A stretch of DNA of 63,892 bases, the filler included, from Olpidium bornovanus S191 (lineage: Eukaryota > Fungi > Olpidiomycota), in assembly GCA_017911155.1 (NCBI GenBank). It is 33 parts of 33 records of this genome, joined end to end, with 100 filler letters (N's around TTAATTAATTAA, not from the genome) between each part and the next. Parts side by side here need not be neighbours in the genome. Positions count along the whole stretch, not along the records: positions 33,496 to 34,917 come from JAEFCI010013229.1; positions 35,018 to 36,397 come from JAEFCI010003009.1; positions 36,498 to 37,855 come from JAEFCI010011716.1; positions 37,956 to 39,445 come from JAEFCI010004833.1; positions 39,546 to 41,553 come from JAEFCI010013084.1; positions 41,654 to 44,120 come from JAEFCI010011575.1; positions 44,221 to 46,966 come from JAEFCI010008423.1; 26 more parts are not named here. One strand, 5' to 3'. The notes under the pieces were generated by a model, which ran no database searches, was not told the origin of the DNA, and worked only from the letters and a program-made list of their open reading frames with translations. Both the position numbers and the translations under genes were made by a program. Shown here one piece after another: positions 34,232-47,066 of this stretch (position 1 is the first letter of the stretch; each line of letters begins with the position of its first letter).

Positions 34232-36589
34232 TGTCTACCCCGCGATGGTGGCGGCGGGGCGCGGGAGGGGCGGGCGGGGAACGTCGGTGGCGGAGGGGAA
34301 AAAAGAGTTCGGGTCGAATCGAAGGGCACCTCGCGCGGCAGAGACCTGCTTCCTCCCCGTAAACCACCCTCCGCCCCCTTTTCCCCCCTCCGGGGAACTT
34401 CGCTGCGGAGTCCTCTGCCGGAACAGACTAGAAGCAGATGGCGGAAGGACGGCTCCCTCACGGAGTCTGGCAGGGAAGACCGCCTTCGCCTCTGCCTCCC
34501 ATCTTGCCTCCGGCGTCGCATTCGCGCCTTCCTCTCACGGAACTGGTTACTGTTCGCTTGCGACAGCCTGCCTTCCACCACCCTCCATCCCCACCTTTCC
34601 CGGGAGAAGGAATTGTTTTCATTTTTTTGTAGTTTCTGCGACGGACAAAACAAGCAGAACAAAACAAAGACAAAAGAACTAAAAAATAATTACAAAAAAA
34701 GTCAGAAAAAGAATCAAAAAACAAAAATCACGAGTTTGCGGCTTCCCGCAGATCGCAGACTCGCGGCGCCGCCTGCCACCGGGGACCAAAGATGAATCAT
34801 GGTTAAAAATAACGCGGGATTCCGGCGCGCTCCGCTGCGGTCGGCTGTTTAAAAAAAAAACGGGCCGTAAATAGTTATCGCAGAAGTCGAGAAAGAATGA
34901 ATGGATGGCTCCTGCTCNNNNNNNNNNNNNNNNNNNNNNNNNNNNNNNNNNNNNNNNNNNNTTAATTAATTAANNNNNNNNNNNNNNNNNNNNNNNNNNN
35001 NNNNNNNNNNNNNNNNNCCATGCTTTTGCGGCACTGAGCCAGGGCTACGTGAAACGGGCGACCCCTCTCGTAACAGTTTTTGGTGACGGCCGGCGACGAA
35101 GGCCAGCTCACCCTGCGCCTCGCTGAGAAAGTCCGGCTCAGGAATTCGTTTTCGACAAATCCCAGATCTACCCCACGGCGGCCCCGCGGGACATCGAGAT
35201 CTTCGGGGTTGATCCCCCCGGCGCCGTCGTCGTCGAACGACGCGCAAGCCAACGAAAAGCTGATCTCCCTCGGCCGCCTGCATTACGACTCCGTGGTGGC
35301 CCCGTGGTCCCGTCTTGGACTCGGCGAAAGCGAGAAGTAGTTGGAGATGATCTAGATCAAGATTTACTCAACTCACGGGGACCAGTTAGAAACACACTTT
35401 TGCAACTTTTCACTCTACGACGGGTGGGCCGCAAATGCGCTTCGTGGGCGGGGTAGGAAGGGAGGGGGGGAGGGGAAGGTGGCCGTTGCCGCCTTTATGG
35501 GCCGAGGTTTCGCTTATAACGCAAACCTGTTGCGGCGTGGAGAGAAAATAGTTGCTGACGGAGGCACGCAGCGTCCGGTCTCTCCAAATGCATGTTTCCC
35601 GTGGTTCGCAAAAAAAAACGGAACGAATTGTCTCTCTCTTGTTTTTCCCCCTTAACCGTCGCGATACCCGTTTATTCTTTGTTATTTTGTCGTACTCCGG
35701 CTATCTATCATTTTTTTTCCGGATGGCTTACCGTGATACCAGACCACCTTATCGCACACCCAACACGAACCTTGTCCTTATTTCCGCATGCTTCGTAATG
35801 ACAAGCTCATCGTTCGTTGCCCCGAACGGCGACCTGTCTTTATTCACCGTTTGGCCCATCACGGACGCCTGGTTATATCATTTTATTTTTTGTGGCCCCT
35901 ATTTTTAAATCTTGGCATATTTTCCCAAGTTTTTTGGGTTATTTTCTGGCCCCGCTGCCAGTTGAGTTGCCGACCCGAATACCAGTGCCGGGCGCTTTTC
36001 ATCGCCTTCTTTTCGCATGTGCCCGCCTTGTACTTTTTTTTCTTGCTCTGCCACATTGTTGGTGATGGGCCTCGGGGCACCGCGTATTTGTATTTTTTTT
36101 TGATCCGTGGGCTGTCGTGATTTCTGCCAAAATTTGAAGAAATTTTTGACGATAGTCCGCTAATGTCACGGCCGACCTTCCCTGCCAGACGGCAAAATTC
36201 TGGCGCGTCCGGGCGTCCGGGCGGATTCTGGAAAAGGCGAGCGCACGCACAACATGGTGAAGGTTTGCGTTCGAAACATCATGACCTGTCGCCGGGAAGG
36301 TGCTTTTAGGGAGCATCGTCTTAGCTGGCAGTTCTGCCGTTTGAGAATCGGTCGACTTTCGGGAAGGATTGTCTCTGCTTGCGATTCTGGCTCGGCGNNN
36401 NNNNNNNNNNNNNNNNNNNNNNNNNNNNNNNNNNNNNNNNNTTAATTAATTAANNNNNNNNNNNNNNNNNNNNNNNNNNNNNNNNNNNNNNNNNNNNTTT
36501 TTGCGGGGACTGATTTCTGGAACGAAGTGCAGCGGCAGTGCGCCTGGTGGCGGGCCCTTAAAAATTTGTGGGCCGTTCTCCATCTGCAG

Positions 36590-36705
36590 AGAGAACCGTC
36601 GAGCGGGACTATTTCATGACCTCCCAGGAGGCGCTCGAGTTTGGCCTCATCGACCACGTCCTCGAAAAGCGTCTCCCGACCTCTGTATCGGCAACGAAGA
36701 CGTAG
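36590..36705 (+). CDS. CLPP: Mitochondrial ClpP protease, last exon
   Basis: After a TGCAG acceptor the frame reads RTVERDYFMTSQEALEFGLIDHVLEKR..TAG, the ClpP C-terminal signature. Confidence 0.88.
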
Positions 36706-38185
36706 ACCGACCACGTAACGTGAGAGAACGCGTTCATTGCACTGACACAAGAGAACGTCCGACACCACGCTCCGCCGAGCATTTGACTGATGCTGGCGCC
36801 TTCCCCCCCCACCCCCCCCCTCCCCACCTCCTCCCAATAAAAAAGCATTTTGTCGTTAAAGAGGTTTTGGAGAGGAACCGAAACGAAGAATATTTGACCG
36901 GAAAATTTTTCAACGGTTTTTTAGGGCTTAAGCAGGACTTTTGACGCGGGGTGGACGCGAGACTCGCGCCACGTTTGGCCGCGAAAGGGAAGGGAGAGCC
37001 AGTGAGGGTGATAGGTTGTCGGCGACGTCGCTACTGCACAAGCACAGCAAAAGTGTTCCCAGCAAAGGTGAAACCGGGCTCGCCCCGCAATTTCGGCGCC
37101 ATTATTCGCAGCGAAACCCCGTCGCTGCGCAGGGTTTTCAAATTGCAATTCGACGGGGCGGGGAAGGGGGCCGCAACTTCCATTGCAACGGTGCCCCGAG
37201 CAAAACCTTGATTCTTATCAACGTGTCGGCGACGTTAGATAGGGTTTTCCGATTCCGCGGCATTGGCGGTATGTTCAGCGCGGGAAGCCCGCCTTTACTC
37301 ATTTGTGATTCGCCGACACCGTGCTGCAGGGAGGTCGGCGGCGAGCGATCAGCCGGAGAAGACCAGTTCTTGGAGGACTGAACGCTTTCCAGCTGGCGTT
37401 CGCAAGGAGCGAGCGGGGCGGGGACGGGCCGTCCTTCCTTAATTCTTGGCGAAGCCCGCGCGGGCCGGTGGCGCCAGCGTCTCGTGGAGCAGACCACGAC
37501 CTGCCGACGGGCGGACCGCGTGTGAGGAGGCCACGCGGCAAACCTACGTGCGCCGCATCGCGCGCGCCACGCCTCGCGGCGGCGGGCGGTTCAAAGAGGA
37601 CGTACGGGGCAGCAAACCAATTGTGTGGAACTTAAAATTTAGCTTTTTCGTGTTGTGTTTTAAAGAAGGAAAAATTAATTAGGGGGTTTTAAAACTTAAG
37701 TTTCTGTTACGGCAAAATCCGACTGTATTTCCCTCATGTACGAGTTCGCGTTTAAACCGGGCACGAACAGAAAAGAGTCAGGCCAAAATTTGAGTGTTCA
37801 AACCTGAACAGCAGCTCGGTATGGGTTCGCGTTTGAAATGGTCTCAGACAAAAAANNNNNNNNNNNNNNNNNNNNNNNNNNNNNNNNNNNNNNNNNNNNT
37901 TAATTAATTAANNNNNNNNNNNNNNNNNNNNNNNNNNNNNNNNNNNNNNNNNNNNGTCAGATGCGCTACAGAAGGTCAACCGGTGGGCCCAAGACCTACC
38001 TGATGCCATCCCATTCCCTGGCGGTTTCGTAAAGGGCTCGCCCTCCTCAATCCCCCTCCCGCATTTCCGCAGCATGTCAGTCACGCCACCCGCGGGGGAC
38101 GGGGGGGAGGGGCCAGGTTTTTGAGGGATGCCGGTTTCAGCCGGTGAGAAAACCACCGGGATGTAATTCGGGGTGAAGCTTCTCA

Positions 38186-39418
38186 TCAGGCCGACAGCCT
38201 GGAATCTATGTGACCAATGACGGCGCTAAGCAGATCTCTCTCGCCAATCCGGAGGAGCGTCGCGCAACGGCGGCGATACGTGGAGGGATCCGCTGACGTC
38301 TCGCTCCGGAGAAACCGCTCGTCCTCCTGGGGGGTAAGCAGCCGATTATCGGAGAAAGTCGGAAGTCATCGGTTACCAACAAGTCGAGACGCGAAATCTG
38401 TTTTTTTTTCTTTTTGTCCTTTAACTGTTTTTCTTTTGTTTCTTTTAGTCCGTCTCTTTTTCTTGTCCGTCTCTTTTTTTGTCCGTCTCTTTTTTTTGTC
38501 CGTCTCTTTTTTTTGTCCGTCTCGTTTTTGTTGTCCGTCTCGTTTTTTTATCCGTCTCTTTTTTTTCCGTCTCTTTTTTTGTCCGTCTCTTTTTTTTTCC
38601 GTCTCTTTTTTTGTCCGTCTCTTTTTTTTGTCCGTCCTTTTTTTGTCAATTTATAATTTTTCTTCTTTTTTTGCCTGTAATTTTTGTCCTTGTTTTGTCA
38701 TTCTTTTTGTCCTTTTTTTGTCCTTTTTTGTCCTTTTTGTTGTCCTTGTTTGTCTTTTTTGTTGTCCTTCTGCGTCCTTTTTGTTCTTTTTCTCTCTTTC
38801 GTTACTTTTTTGACCTTTTATATGTCTGTCCTTATCCTTTTTTGTCTTTTTTCGTCCGTTTTGTCATTTTTGTCCTTTTCTTGTCCTTTTTTCGCATCAC
38901 AATAGCCCTTACCTCAGCCGAAACAGCATATCCTCTCATCATGATCTGGCAGCGGACCTTGAGCCATTCCAGTGCCGTCCGCTCAAGGGCCTCGGCGCGC
39001 CCAACACCCCATTCGCGCAGCGGGCAGTAACCACCGCCGCTATCGGCGGCACGCACAGCTTCATCAAGGTGGGCTTCGGGAAGGGTTGCGGCGTAAACGG
39101 CCAGCAGCAGGCGGCGCGAGCCATCCACAAGGGGCGGGTGCCGGAGCTCGAAGTAGTCCGAGCTGCAGGATTCGAACGCACGGTCATTACGAGAACGTCC
39201 GGCACGGTCATTACGAGCTGCCGCAGCAGGGAAGGCAAAAAGCAGACTCACGGTGGTATCCCGTATGCCGCGCAGAGCTGCTTCCGGCGCCCTGCCGCGG
39301 GTCCGCCGGACATTCCCACGGGAACATGGATGACGTCCCGCGGGTAGGCTGCAGGGTCCACGAAACCCGAATAAAGGAGCAGTTCCACATTCGGGCGGTT
39401 TCCATAGTAATTTGTCAC
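38186..39418 (-). CDS. SET-domain protein-lysine methyltransferase (SETD3/Rubisco-LSMT-like), last three exons
   Basis: Exon 39418-39252 reads YYGNRPNVELLLYSGFV. Exon 39162-38913 reads LEWLKVRCQIMMRGY. Exon 38326-38186 reads EDERFL..RRRCATLLRIGERDLL..TGA. Phases are consistent. Confidence 0.85.
38448..38637. repeat. Intronic minisatellite GTCCGTCTC(T)n, about 12 copies
   Basis: Period about 16-18 bp, degenerating to TGTCC(T)n up to about 38890. It lies inside the 586-nt intron 38912-38327 of the SET gene. Confidence 0.9.
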
Positions 39419-39545
39419 CTTTTGGGAAGAACCCATAATTGGTTANNNNNNNNNNNNNNNNNNNNNNNNNNNNNNNNNNNNNNNNNNNNTTAATTAATTA
39501 ANNNNNNNNNNNNNNNNNNNNNNNNNNNNNNNNNNNNNNNNNNNN

Positions 39546-40226
39546 GCATAAAGATCGAACGTGTCATCTCGGCAGAGAAATCGGCGGATATTTTCACCAA
39601 ACCTCTGGCTAAGGTGGAATTCGTCAAGTTACGAGGGTGGTCGGGGCAGGACCCGTCAAGGCCATGGGCGAGCAGAGCCAAGCGCAAAACCGCAAAGGGG
39701 CAGCAGGGCGGAAGGAAAAAGTTATAGATTTCATCGTGTTTTGGGCGGACACGGGCAATGGCGCGCCCAGTGAGGCGTGGTGTAAAATAAGGGGGGGTGG
39801 GGGGGGCCGCTCCGCGAGACACCGAGTTCCCATGGCGAGCCATAGATAGAGATAGACAAACGCCCTTACGGGCCATTGTATTAGCCAGTGAGCTAGCGCC
39901 ATAGGGCGGACCCAGTGGGTCCCTCGGGGCTGTGTTGGCCCCAGGGCGGTGGCCTCCGGGGCTGTGTTGGCCTCGGGGGTGGTAAATAACCTATGGTCCG
40001 GGTGGGACCCCGGCTCTATCCGGCTCCGCCCCGGAGAGCCGGGATCCCGCCCAGGTTCCACACACCCCCAACAACCCCAACAGGGGCTGAGCCGCAGATG
40101 CACTGTACGCACCAACCCACGTTACCCCAACGTAGATTCCTTAGTCGCCGCCATATAAAATAGGGCCAGGGGAAACTAGCAAACAAACGCCACGAATACA
40201 GTTCTCCTTCCCTTCCCGTTCTTACA
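39546..40226 (+). mobile_element. Ty1/copia 3' end: RNase H C-terminus, PPT-like tract and 446-bp 3' LTR
   Basis: IKIERVISAEKSADIFTKPL at 39547-39610. TGAGGCGTGG directly before LTR TGTAA (39781) ... TTACA (40226). TATAAAA at about 40154 inside the LTR. Confidence 0.75.
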
Positions 40227-42600
40227 GACTCGCGGCGTTCTCTACATCTGCACATTTTTCGGCTTGGCTCCAACAGTTTTCCCCCCCCCCCCCCCTCACG
40301 CCTCACCCTCCGGGTCAGCTTGCGAGTGACGTGACCACCAACGCGCCCTCTCACAAGAACGCAGACCCCTGTCCGGCACTTGCTCGTCCAAACAGAATGA
40401 TACCCACTTAATTAAGGGTCGTTTAAAATGCTCCCGGTGGGGGCAGGCTATTTATCCTACTCCCGAGGAGGCCGAACGGGCGGCCACCGGCTCGTGTCTC
40501 CGAAAAGGGGGCTCGTCTCCGAATTGCTTTCAAGCGCTTCTTCCCCCCCCCCCCCCCCCCCAAGTGCGGCCGTGTCGAAGGCACCCCCCGCCCGCTTTGG
40601 TCACTGCTGCTCGGTGAATAACATAGACGTGCTCTTCAAGCAAAACCCGTGCTCATTGCAAATAATTCACGCTTCGTCTGGCCATGCAGCAGATGAGGTC
40701 CGGCGAATACTGTGACACCAAATCAAGCCTGATGACGCCCATCATCAAGTTCTTGCAAGATTGCACCTGGTTTGGCGCCAACCGGACTGGCGCCCAACAA
40801 GCCGGTAAGGTTCCTCCAGGTCTGGCGTAGGAAAGAAAGGCCGGAGAGAACCGGCGGCTGAAAGAAGCAACTTATTGGTTGATATCATTGCGTGGTTCAG
40901 AGGACTCGATCCCGTCAGAAGTTACGCTTTTACAAAAGTGACGCGAAGAGGGAGTTCAGCCGCCGTTGCAGAAGCGCGGAAAATAAACACGCGGGTAAAA
41001 TGCCCCGCCGCCGCCACGGAACCGTTCAAACTTCCGCGAAACGACGGACCTTAAAAAAGCCCGCAAACGGGCGGCGCTCAACGGCCAACGGACAATAACC
41101 CCCCGGGGCAACGGACAATAACCCCCCGGGGAGAGAGACGGAGAGAATTTTTTTTTGCCTGCCGGTCGGATGGCGGGGGTTGGGGGCGCCGGGTTGATCG
41201 GCGCGGCGTTCCTTCCTGGATCCGGCTTTTTTGCAGTGCAGACTTCCCCCCTCCCCTCTGGACAGAACTGCGGATGGGGAGGCGTGCGTCCTCGGCAACG
41301 CGATGCACGCGTTGTGGTCGGTTCTGTCGAATATGAGGTTTTGAAGGGGAGCTCCAAGAGCTTCTGTATTCCTCCGATCTGCCGGGTTTTACGTAGAAGA
41401 GGAAATCTCCGGGCGGGTGCGTGCAGTGCTACGTGTTGTGAACCGAAAGAGTACGCTCTACGGTCACGTGATCAAAGATGCCAAGACCGGGAGGGGAGCT
41501 CCCCCTGGAGCTCTTCCTCCCGCCGTCAAACGCAAACAAAGGAGAGAGGAAGANNNNNNNNNNNNNNNNNNNNNNNNNNNNNNNNNNNNNNNNNNNNTTA
41601 ATTAATTAANNNNNNNNNNNNNNNNNNNNNNNNNNNNNNNNNNNNNNNNNNNNGAGAGGGGGGGAGGGGGGACGGGAGGCGGAAGAAAGGGAAAAAAAAA
41701 AACGGAGAGGGGAAGACGGTTTCCGACTCCCTTCCGCCGTTCCCGTTTTCCGGGTCTACGCGTGCGTCGTCGGACCGCCAACTCTACCCCGCATACGCCC
41801 ATTCTTCACCCCGAAACCCGCCCAGGAACTGGACTATTCCGAGTTCCGCCTGTTCGTGTTCGCCGCCATCGACATGCAGCAGCGATTGGAAAAGCAGAGC
41901 GCCGAGCGGAAAGAGAGGGGCCAGAAACAGGGCGTGCTAGACAAGCTGCTGGGGCAGAGCGTCATGGGCAGTCTTGGAAGCGCGTTGGGCATATCGGTCC
42001 CGAGAGATTGACGGGGATCACATGCGCCCGGCCCGCTCCGCCTCTTCGGTCCGCGTCTCGTCCCGCGTCCTCCCGCGCGGGCGTTCCCGTTAGCACCGTG
42101 GACAACAGGACAAAGCCCGTAATCCTCGGTCTGGCGGGGACTTCGACCGTTTTACGCTTTGCCTGTCCTGCCCGGGGCCGGAAGCCGGTCTGGCCTTCCT
42201 CACGTCCACCTTCTCTTTCCTCGACAATAATGTATCGCGTGCGGTTGTCGTGGCGAAAAGAACTGGGACTCCACTTGGTTATGAAAATGCGGTCGGGGGA
42301 TGGGAAAGGGAAAGGGAGGGGGCTGCAGATGACTTGCTAATCCGTGTGGATGTTGGTGCGATTCGGGGTGCGTTTGTGCAAGACCGGGAATTATCGCGAG
42401 AACGACAAGACCTGCAAAACGGAGAAGGGGAGAGGGGTTGGGAAAAGGCCGAGGGACCGGTTTCTTGCGGTGGGGCGGCACAGGGCCGGCGCCCGGACGT
42501 GCGACGACGGCACGTGGAACCGATTTCCGTTTCCGCGGCCGTTCCGCGTCGGTTCGCGCTTCGCTTCTGTCCGTCCCGCGCAGAAGCTCGCCGGTTTATC

Positions 42601-43932
42601 TCACGCGCGGTTCCGCGGGCGTTTCGCTTCGGGCGCCTCCGCTTTGTCCTCGCCGCCCGAACCCTCCGCGCGATCTCTTCTCACGTATACCGGCACCGGG
42701 AGCGACCGGCCGGAGCGCAGGTGCAAGGCGTTGACGCGCCGCCACCCGCCGGGAACCTGCGCGACGACGCCTTCGGCGGCGGCGGCAACGTTTTCGGCCA
42801 GCTCGTCCGCCGTCATCCCCGCGTGGCCTATCCGGACGGACCTGGCGGGGCAAAAAGGGGGGGTGTGTTCCGAGGTTTTCCACACGCGCGTCAGGCAAAA
42901 AAAAAGGGCACCCGGCTCCCGGCTGCGCGTACCGTGGAGTCGGTCGAGGGGGAAGGGGGTTGGTGGGGAGGTTCTCCCGCGCCGGGACGTACGTGCAACC
43001 GCCGTGACTGAGGTGAACGAGCGTGGACCTGCAGACGTCCTTGATCGCCTTTTTGAGCTCGCCTTGCTTTAGCCGCACGGGAAAAAGCGCCCTGCGTTGA
43101 AGGGAGAGGGGTGAGGGGTGGGGGGGGGGAAGGTTAGAGCACCCGGCAGCCGGAGGGGATGAGTTGCGTCAGGAGGGAGAGGGGAGCGGGGAAGATCCTC
43201 ACCTCTTCTTCTCGGCAAGGGTCCTGCCCGCCACGAGCGCGGCGGTGCGGAAAGCGCCGGGGTCCGCCGCGAAAAAGACGTCGTGCTCGACGGCGAGACG
43301 CTCCCTCTCCTCCCGGCGCATCGCCTTCAGCTTGGGCAGGGTGACGACGGTGGCGGCGTAGCGGCCCAGGACGCCCTCGGCGCGCAGGGCGTCGGCCCAG
43401 CTCTTGTCGCGGACGACGACGCACGCCGCGGCCGCGGCCGCGGCCGCCTGCGGAAAAGGGGCGCCGCCGCTGGCGCCGCCAAAGGCGAACACGGGGCGCG
43501 GGACGCGCACCAGGGAGGGCTTCGGCACGACGAAGTCGGGTATCGGCGGCGTCGTCACGGCCAGCCACACCGGCGCCGGGCTGCCGGCGGGCGGCGCGGG
43601 CCGGTCGGCGGACCGGGCGAGGTACGAGACCAGGGCCTTGCAGGAGAGGAGGACCTGCGGGCGCGCGAGGGGGGCGGGGGGGTTGAGCGCAGGGGACAAA
43701 GAGAAGAAAAACGAGAGAGTCAGAGGCGGGCGACGGAAGAGAAGGAAGAGGGGGGTGGGGGGATGGGGGGGGTTCGGGCCCGGTATCTTCTTACCTGCGA
43801 GCGGTCGAGGGGCAGCGGGCGGCGGGGCGGCGGCGTCGGCGGCGGCGGCTCGGGAGCGCCCGCCGCTTTCCGCTTCCTTTTCTTCCCGGCGGGCGCGGCG
43901 TCGGCGGTCGAAGGGATGTTCCTGGGCGGCAT
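42601..43932 (-). CDS. RSL1D1: Ribosomal L1 domain-containing protein (RSL1D1/Utp30/Cic1), apparently complete
   Basis: ATG at 43932. Spliced segments read SQVLLSCKALVSYL, VTLPKLK..HDVFFAAD, ELKKAIKDVCRST and SVRIGHAGMTADELAENV..VPGGWRRVNALHLRSGRSLPVPVY. TGA at 42603-42601. Confidence 0.88.
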
Positions 43933-43974
43933 GATTTCCGCCTCGCGGGCCGGGTGGCGGGTTTTGCCCGGTTT

Positions 43975-44014
<40 letters not shown>

Positions 44015-44020
44015 CCCCTT

Positions 44021-44058
<38 letters not shown>

Positions 44059-44223
44059 GCGCCGCCGGCAAGCTGCTCAAGGCGCTCCCGCCGGTGAGAG
44101 TACCGCGAGTTCGAGCCGCANNNNNNNNNNNNNNNNNNNNNNNNNNNNNNNNNNNNNNNNNNNNTTAATTAATTAANNNNNNNNNNNNNNNNNNNNNNNN
44201 NNNNNNNNNNNNNNNNNNNNCAC

Positions 44224-44254
<31 letters not shown>

Positions 44255-44295
44255 CCCCAAAAAATTTTTTCCCCAAACTTTTTCCCCCCCCCCCC

Positions 44296-44336
<41 letters not shown>

Positions 44337-44363
44337 CCTTCTTTGACCCCGCCGGAATCGTTT

Positions 44364-46757
44364 TCAGGAGGCTCCGGGATGCAGAGCGCCTTGTCGGCCG
44401 CTCGCCTCGCGCAGCACGTTAACCGCCTCGTGGACCTTCTGGTACAGGGCGGGGGGCGATTCGAAGAGGTGGAGGATCTCCCCCGTCTCCATCTCGAGCA
44501 GCATGCCCGTGATTTTCCCCGCGGCCCTGTCGCCGTCGTCCGCCGCCCCGCCGTCTTGGCCCTCGCCGGGAGGCAGCCGCAGAAGGTCAGCGCTGCCGAC
44601 GACGGCGGAGGAGCGCAGGGCGTGCTGCACGTTTCCGTACAGATGCTCGCCGAGCAGCTGTTTCTGCTGGTCCGGCGGGATCTCGGCGAGCTTGCGGGCC
44701 GAAATGGTGGTCGGAAGCCCGCGGCTGCCCGCGTACGGCGCCGACGAGGCCGCGTGGTCAGGCGCCGGGTGGTGGTGAGCAGCGGCGGACAGCGGAGCTT
44801 GCATGGCGGCGTGCTGTTCGGCACTGTTCCGGCGCGGCGGTAACTGCGGATCCGCGCTGCCGAAGGCGGCCTCCCGCGCGGCGGCCGGCCTCGCGTACCT
44901 TAGCAGGTTCCTGGATCCCGGCGGGTACGCGACGCCGCCTGCGCGCCTGTTTTGGCCAACAACATGCTGCGGGCGGATGCCGACGTCGGTGACGCCCGCG
45001 GCGAGCCCCGGCCGCCCCGCGACCGGCTGCGGCGTCCGAGGGTGTAGTTGCTGCCCGCGCGGTTGCTGTTGCTCTTGTTGAACCAAATGTGGTCTCGATG
45101 TCCTCCGCTGATGCTGTGCCGCACCATTGACGGTGTATTGCGGAGGCGAATATACTGCTGGCTGGACCACCGGGATCTGCGGACCGTACGCCGGCAAGAT
45201 AAGACTTGGACCGGGAGGCCCTCCCTGCGGCTGCTGCAAACCCCCGCCCCAACGAACGCTCGGATCAGACGGGTAACGGACTCCGGGCGGCGCGGCCACA
45301 ACAGTAGGGGAGTAGGCCGGGCTTTGCGGATAAAGGAGTCCAGAACCTGAGTAGAAGCCGTTGGTGGGCAGCGGATTTCCCGTTTCTAACGTCTAGACGG
45401 GAGTCAGATGCACGTTTCAAGGGCGCAAAACAACGCTCAAACTGACGCATGGCGTGAGAATTCTCAGCATGCTGTACCTGAGCGTAAGCTCTCGACTCTC
45501 TCAGCGACATCATCGTCCGGAGCTGAGCGCGTCGCTCTTCTCTGCGCTGAGCCAGAGATACGTACAGCGGCTTCCCGCAAAGCATCTTGCCGTTCATTTC
45601 GGTGATGGCACGCGTGGCCTCCTCGGCGGAGGAGAAGCACACGAACCCGAATCCCCGAGTCTTGCCCCCTTCGGTTGTCATCACCTTCGCCGAAGTTACG
45701 ATTCCAAATTGGGAGAATTCCGACGCCAGGCGCGCGTCCTCGATTTCGTCGCTCAGGTTTTTCACGTAGACGTTGAGGCCCCGGCTGGCCGCGTACCTCT
45801 CTTCCCGCAGCTGACTGAACTTGCGCCGAACTTCCTCTGCGCGTTCCAGCCGGGACATCGCGCGGCCCACGTACAGCTGGCGCCCGTCCCACTCCGAGCC
45901 GTTCATCGCCGCAACCGCTTCTCCGGCAGCCTCGTGCGTTTTGTAATTCACGAAGCCGAATCCCTTTGGCCGCCCCGACTCCGCGTCCCTCATAACTATC
46001 GACGACGTGATCTCACCGAACGAAGCAAATTTTTCGCGGAAGGCGTCGTCAGTGGCCTCGGGAGGGAGGTTCTTCACGTAAACGTTGGTGAAGCGCGCCA
46101 TTGACTGTTCCGCGCAGCTGTGCCTTTCCCTTCTGGACATATGGTGGCAGACGTAAACCTTTTGGTCGTTGAAGAGCAGGCCGTCCGTCTTCGAGATTGC
46201 GGTCTCCGCCTGCTCCGCGGTTTCGTAGTGTACGAACGCGTAGCCTTTGCTCACGCCGTTCTCCTGGGCCACCTTGAGGCTCAAAATGGTCCCAAAGTTG
46301 CTGTAGAGATCGTGAAGTTCTTTCGGGCCGACATCTGGTGACAGGTTCTTGATAAAGATGTTACCTGCGCCGCGTTTCCTCAGAGACGGGTCACGCTGGG
46401 ACCACATAACCCTCCTGCGCGGCAAAACGGCGTGTTAGAGCAGCAGGCCTGAACTTGGCGGACGTTCAGTTTGGCGGGTATTCAGATCCAACTGCTTATG
46501 CGGTTTGCTCACCATGGCCTGTTTTGGACAACGCAGTAATTGAGTTGTTCCAACGCTCGTTTTCCTAGAAGTTCGCGGTAGATTAAAATGTCGGAGCCAG
46601 CGGTAAGTTTGCAGTCGGCGGCATACTATTTCCACCCGCGTTGTTCCGCCGGGGGCTGCCGCTGTTCAGAGGAGCCAAACGCTGGAGCAACTTACCGTCT
46701 TCGTGAGTGGGAAAATTCACATAGGCGTACCCGAGCGACCTGCGCGTGACGGCGTCT
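44364..46757 (-). CDS. PAB1: Cytoplasmic poly(A)-binding protein (four RRMs plus MLLE), divergent, 5' truncated
   Basis: RRM1 exons 46757-46696 (RDAVTRRSLGYAYVNF) and about 46566-46511 (RALEQLNY). Long exon from about 46414 reads VMWSQRDPSLR..GNIFIKNL..FTNVYVKNL..KPLYVSLAQRREER. MLLE domain QKQLLGE..AGKITGMLLEM. Stop at 44366-44364. Confidence 0.93.
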
Positions 46758-46852
46758 CTGGCAGCGGCGCGGGCGTGGGGCGACGAAGAAACTTTTTTTC
46801 AGAGTCCCGAGCCGCCTACGGGCGGCCCTGCAGACAAAACCGAGAAAGAAGG

Positions 46853-46883
<31 letters not shown>

Positions 46884-47066
46884 CCCCCCAGGGCCGGGGC
46901 CCCCCCGGCGTTTTTCCCTCCCACCCCGGCGGGAACCCCGGGGGGGGCGGGGGGGGGGGGGGGTGANNNNNNNNNNNNNNNNNNNNNNNNNNNNNNNNNN
47001 NNNNNNNNNNTTAATTAATTAANNNNNNNNNNNNNNNNNNNNNNNNNNNNNNNNNNNNNNNNNNNN

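Noticed and set aside
35180-35260. EF-hand-like SFDDDGAGGINPEDL on the minus strand
   Set aside because: No flanking helices or second EF-hand. Other frames on both strands look equally protein-like, so the coding frame cannot be determined.
41086-41131. Tandem 23-bp duplication CAACGGACAATAACCCCCCGGGG
   Set aside because: Only two copies in non-coding DNA, with no structure suggesting more than a local slippage event.
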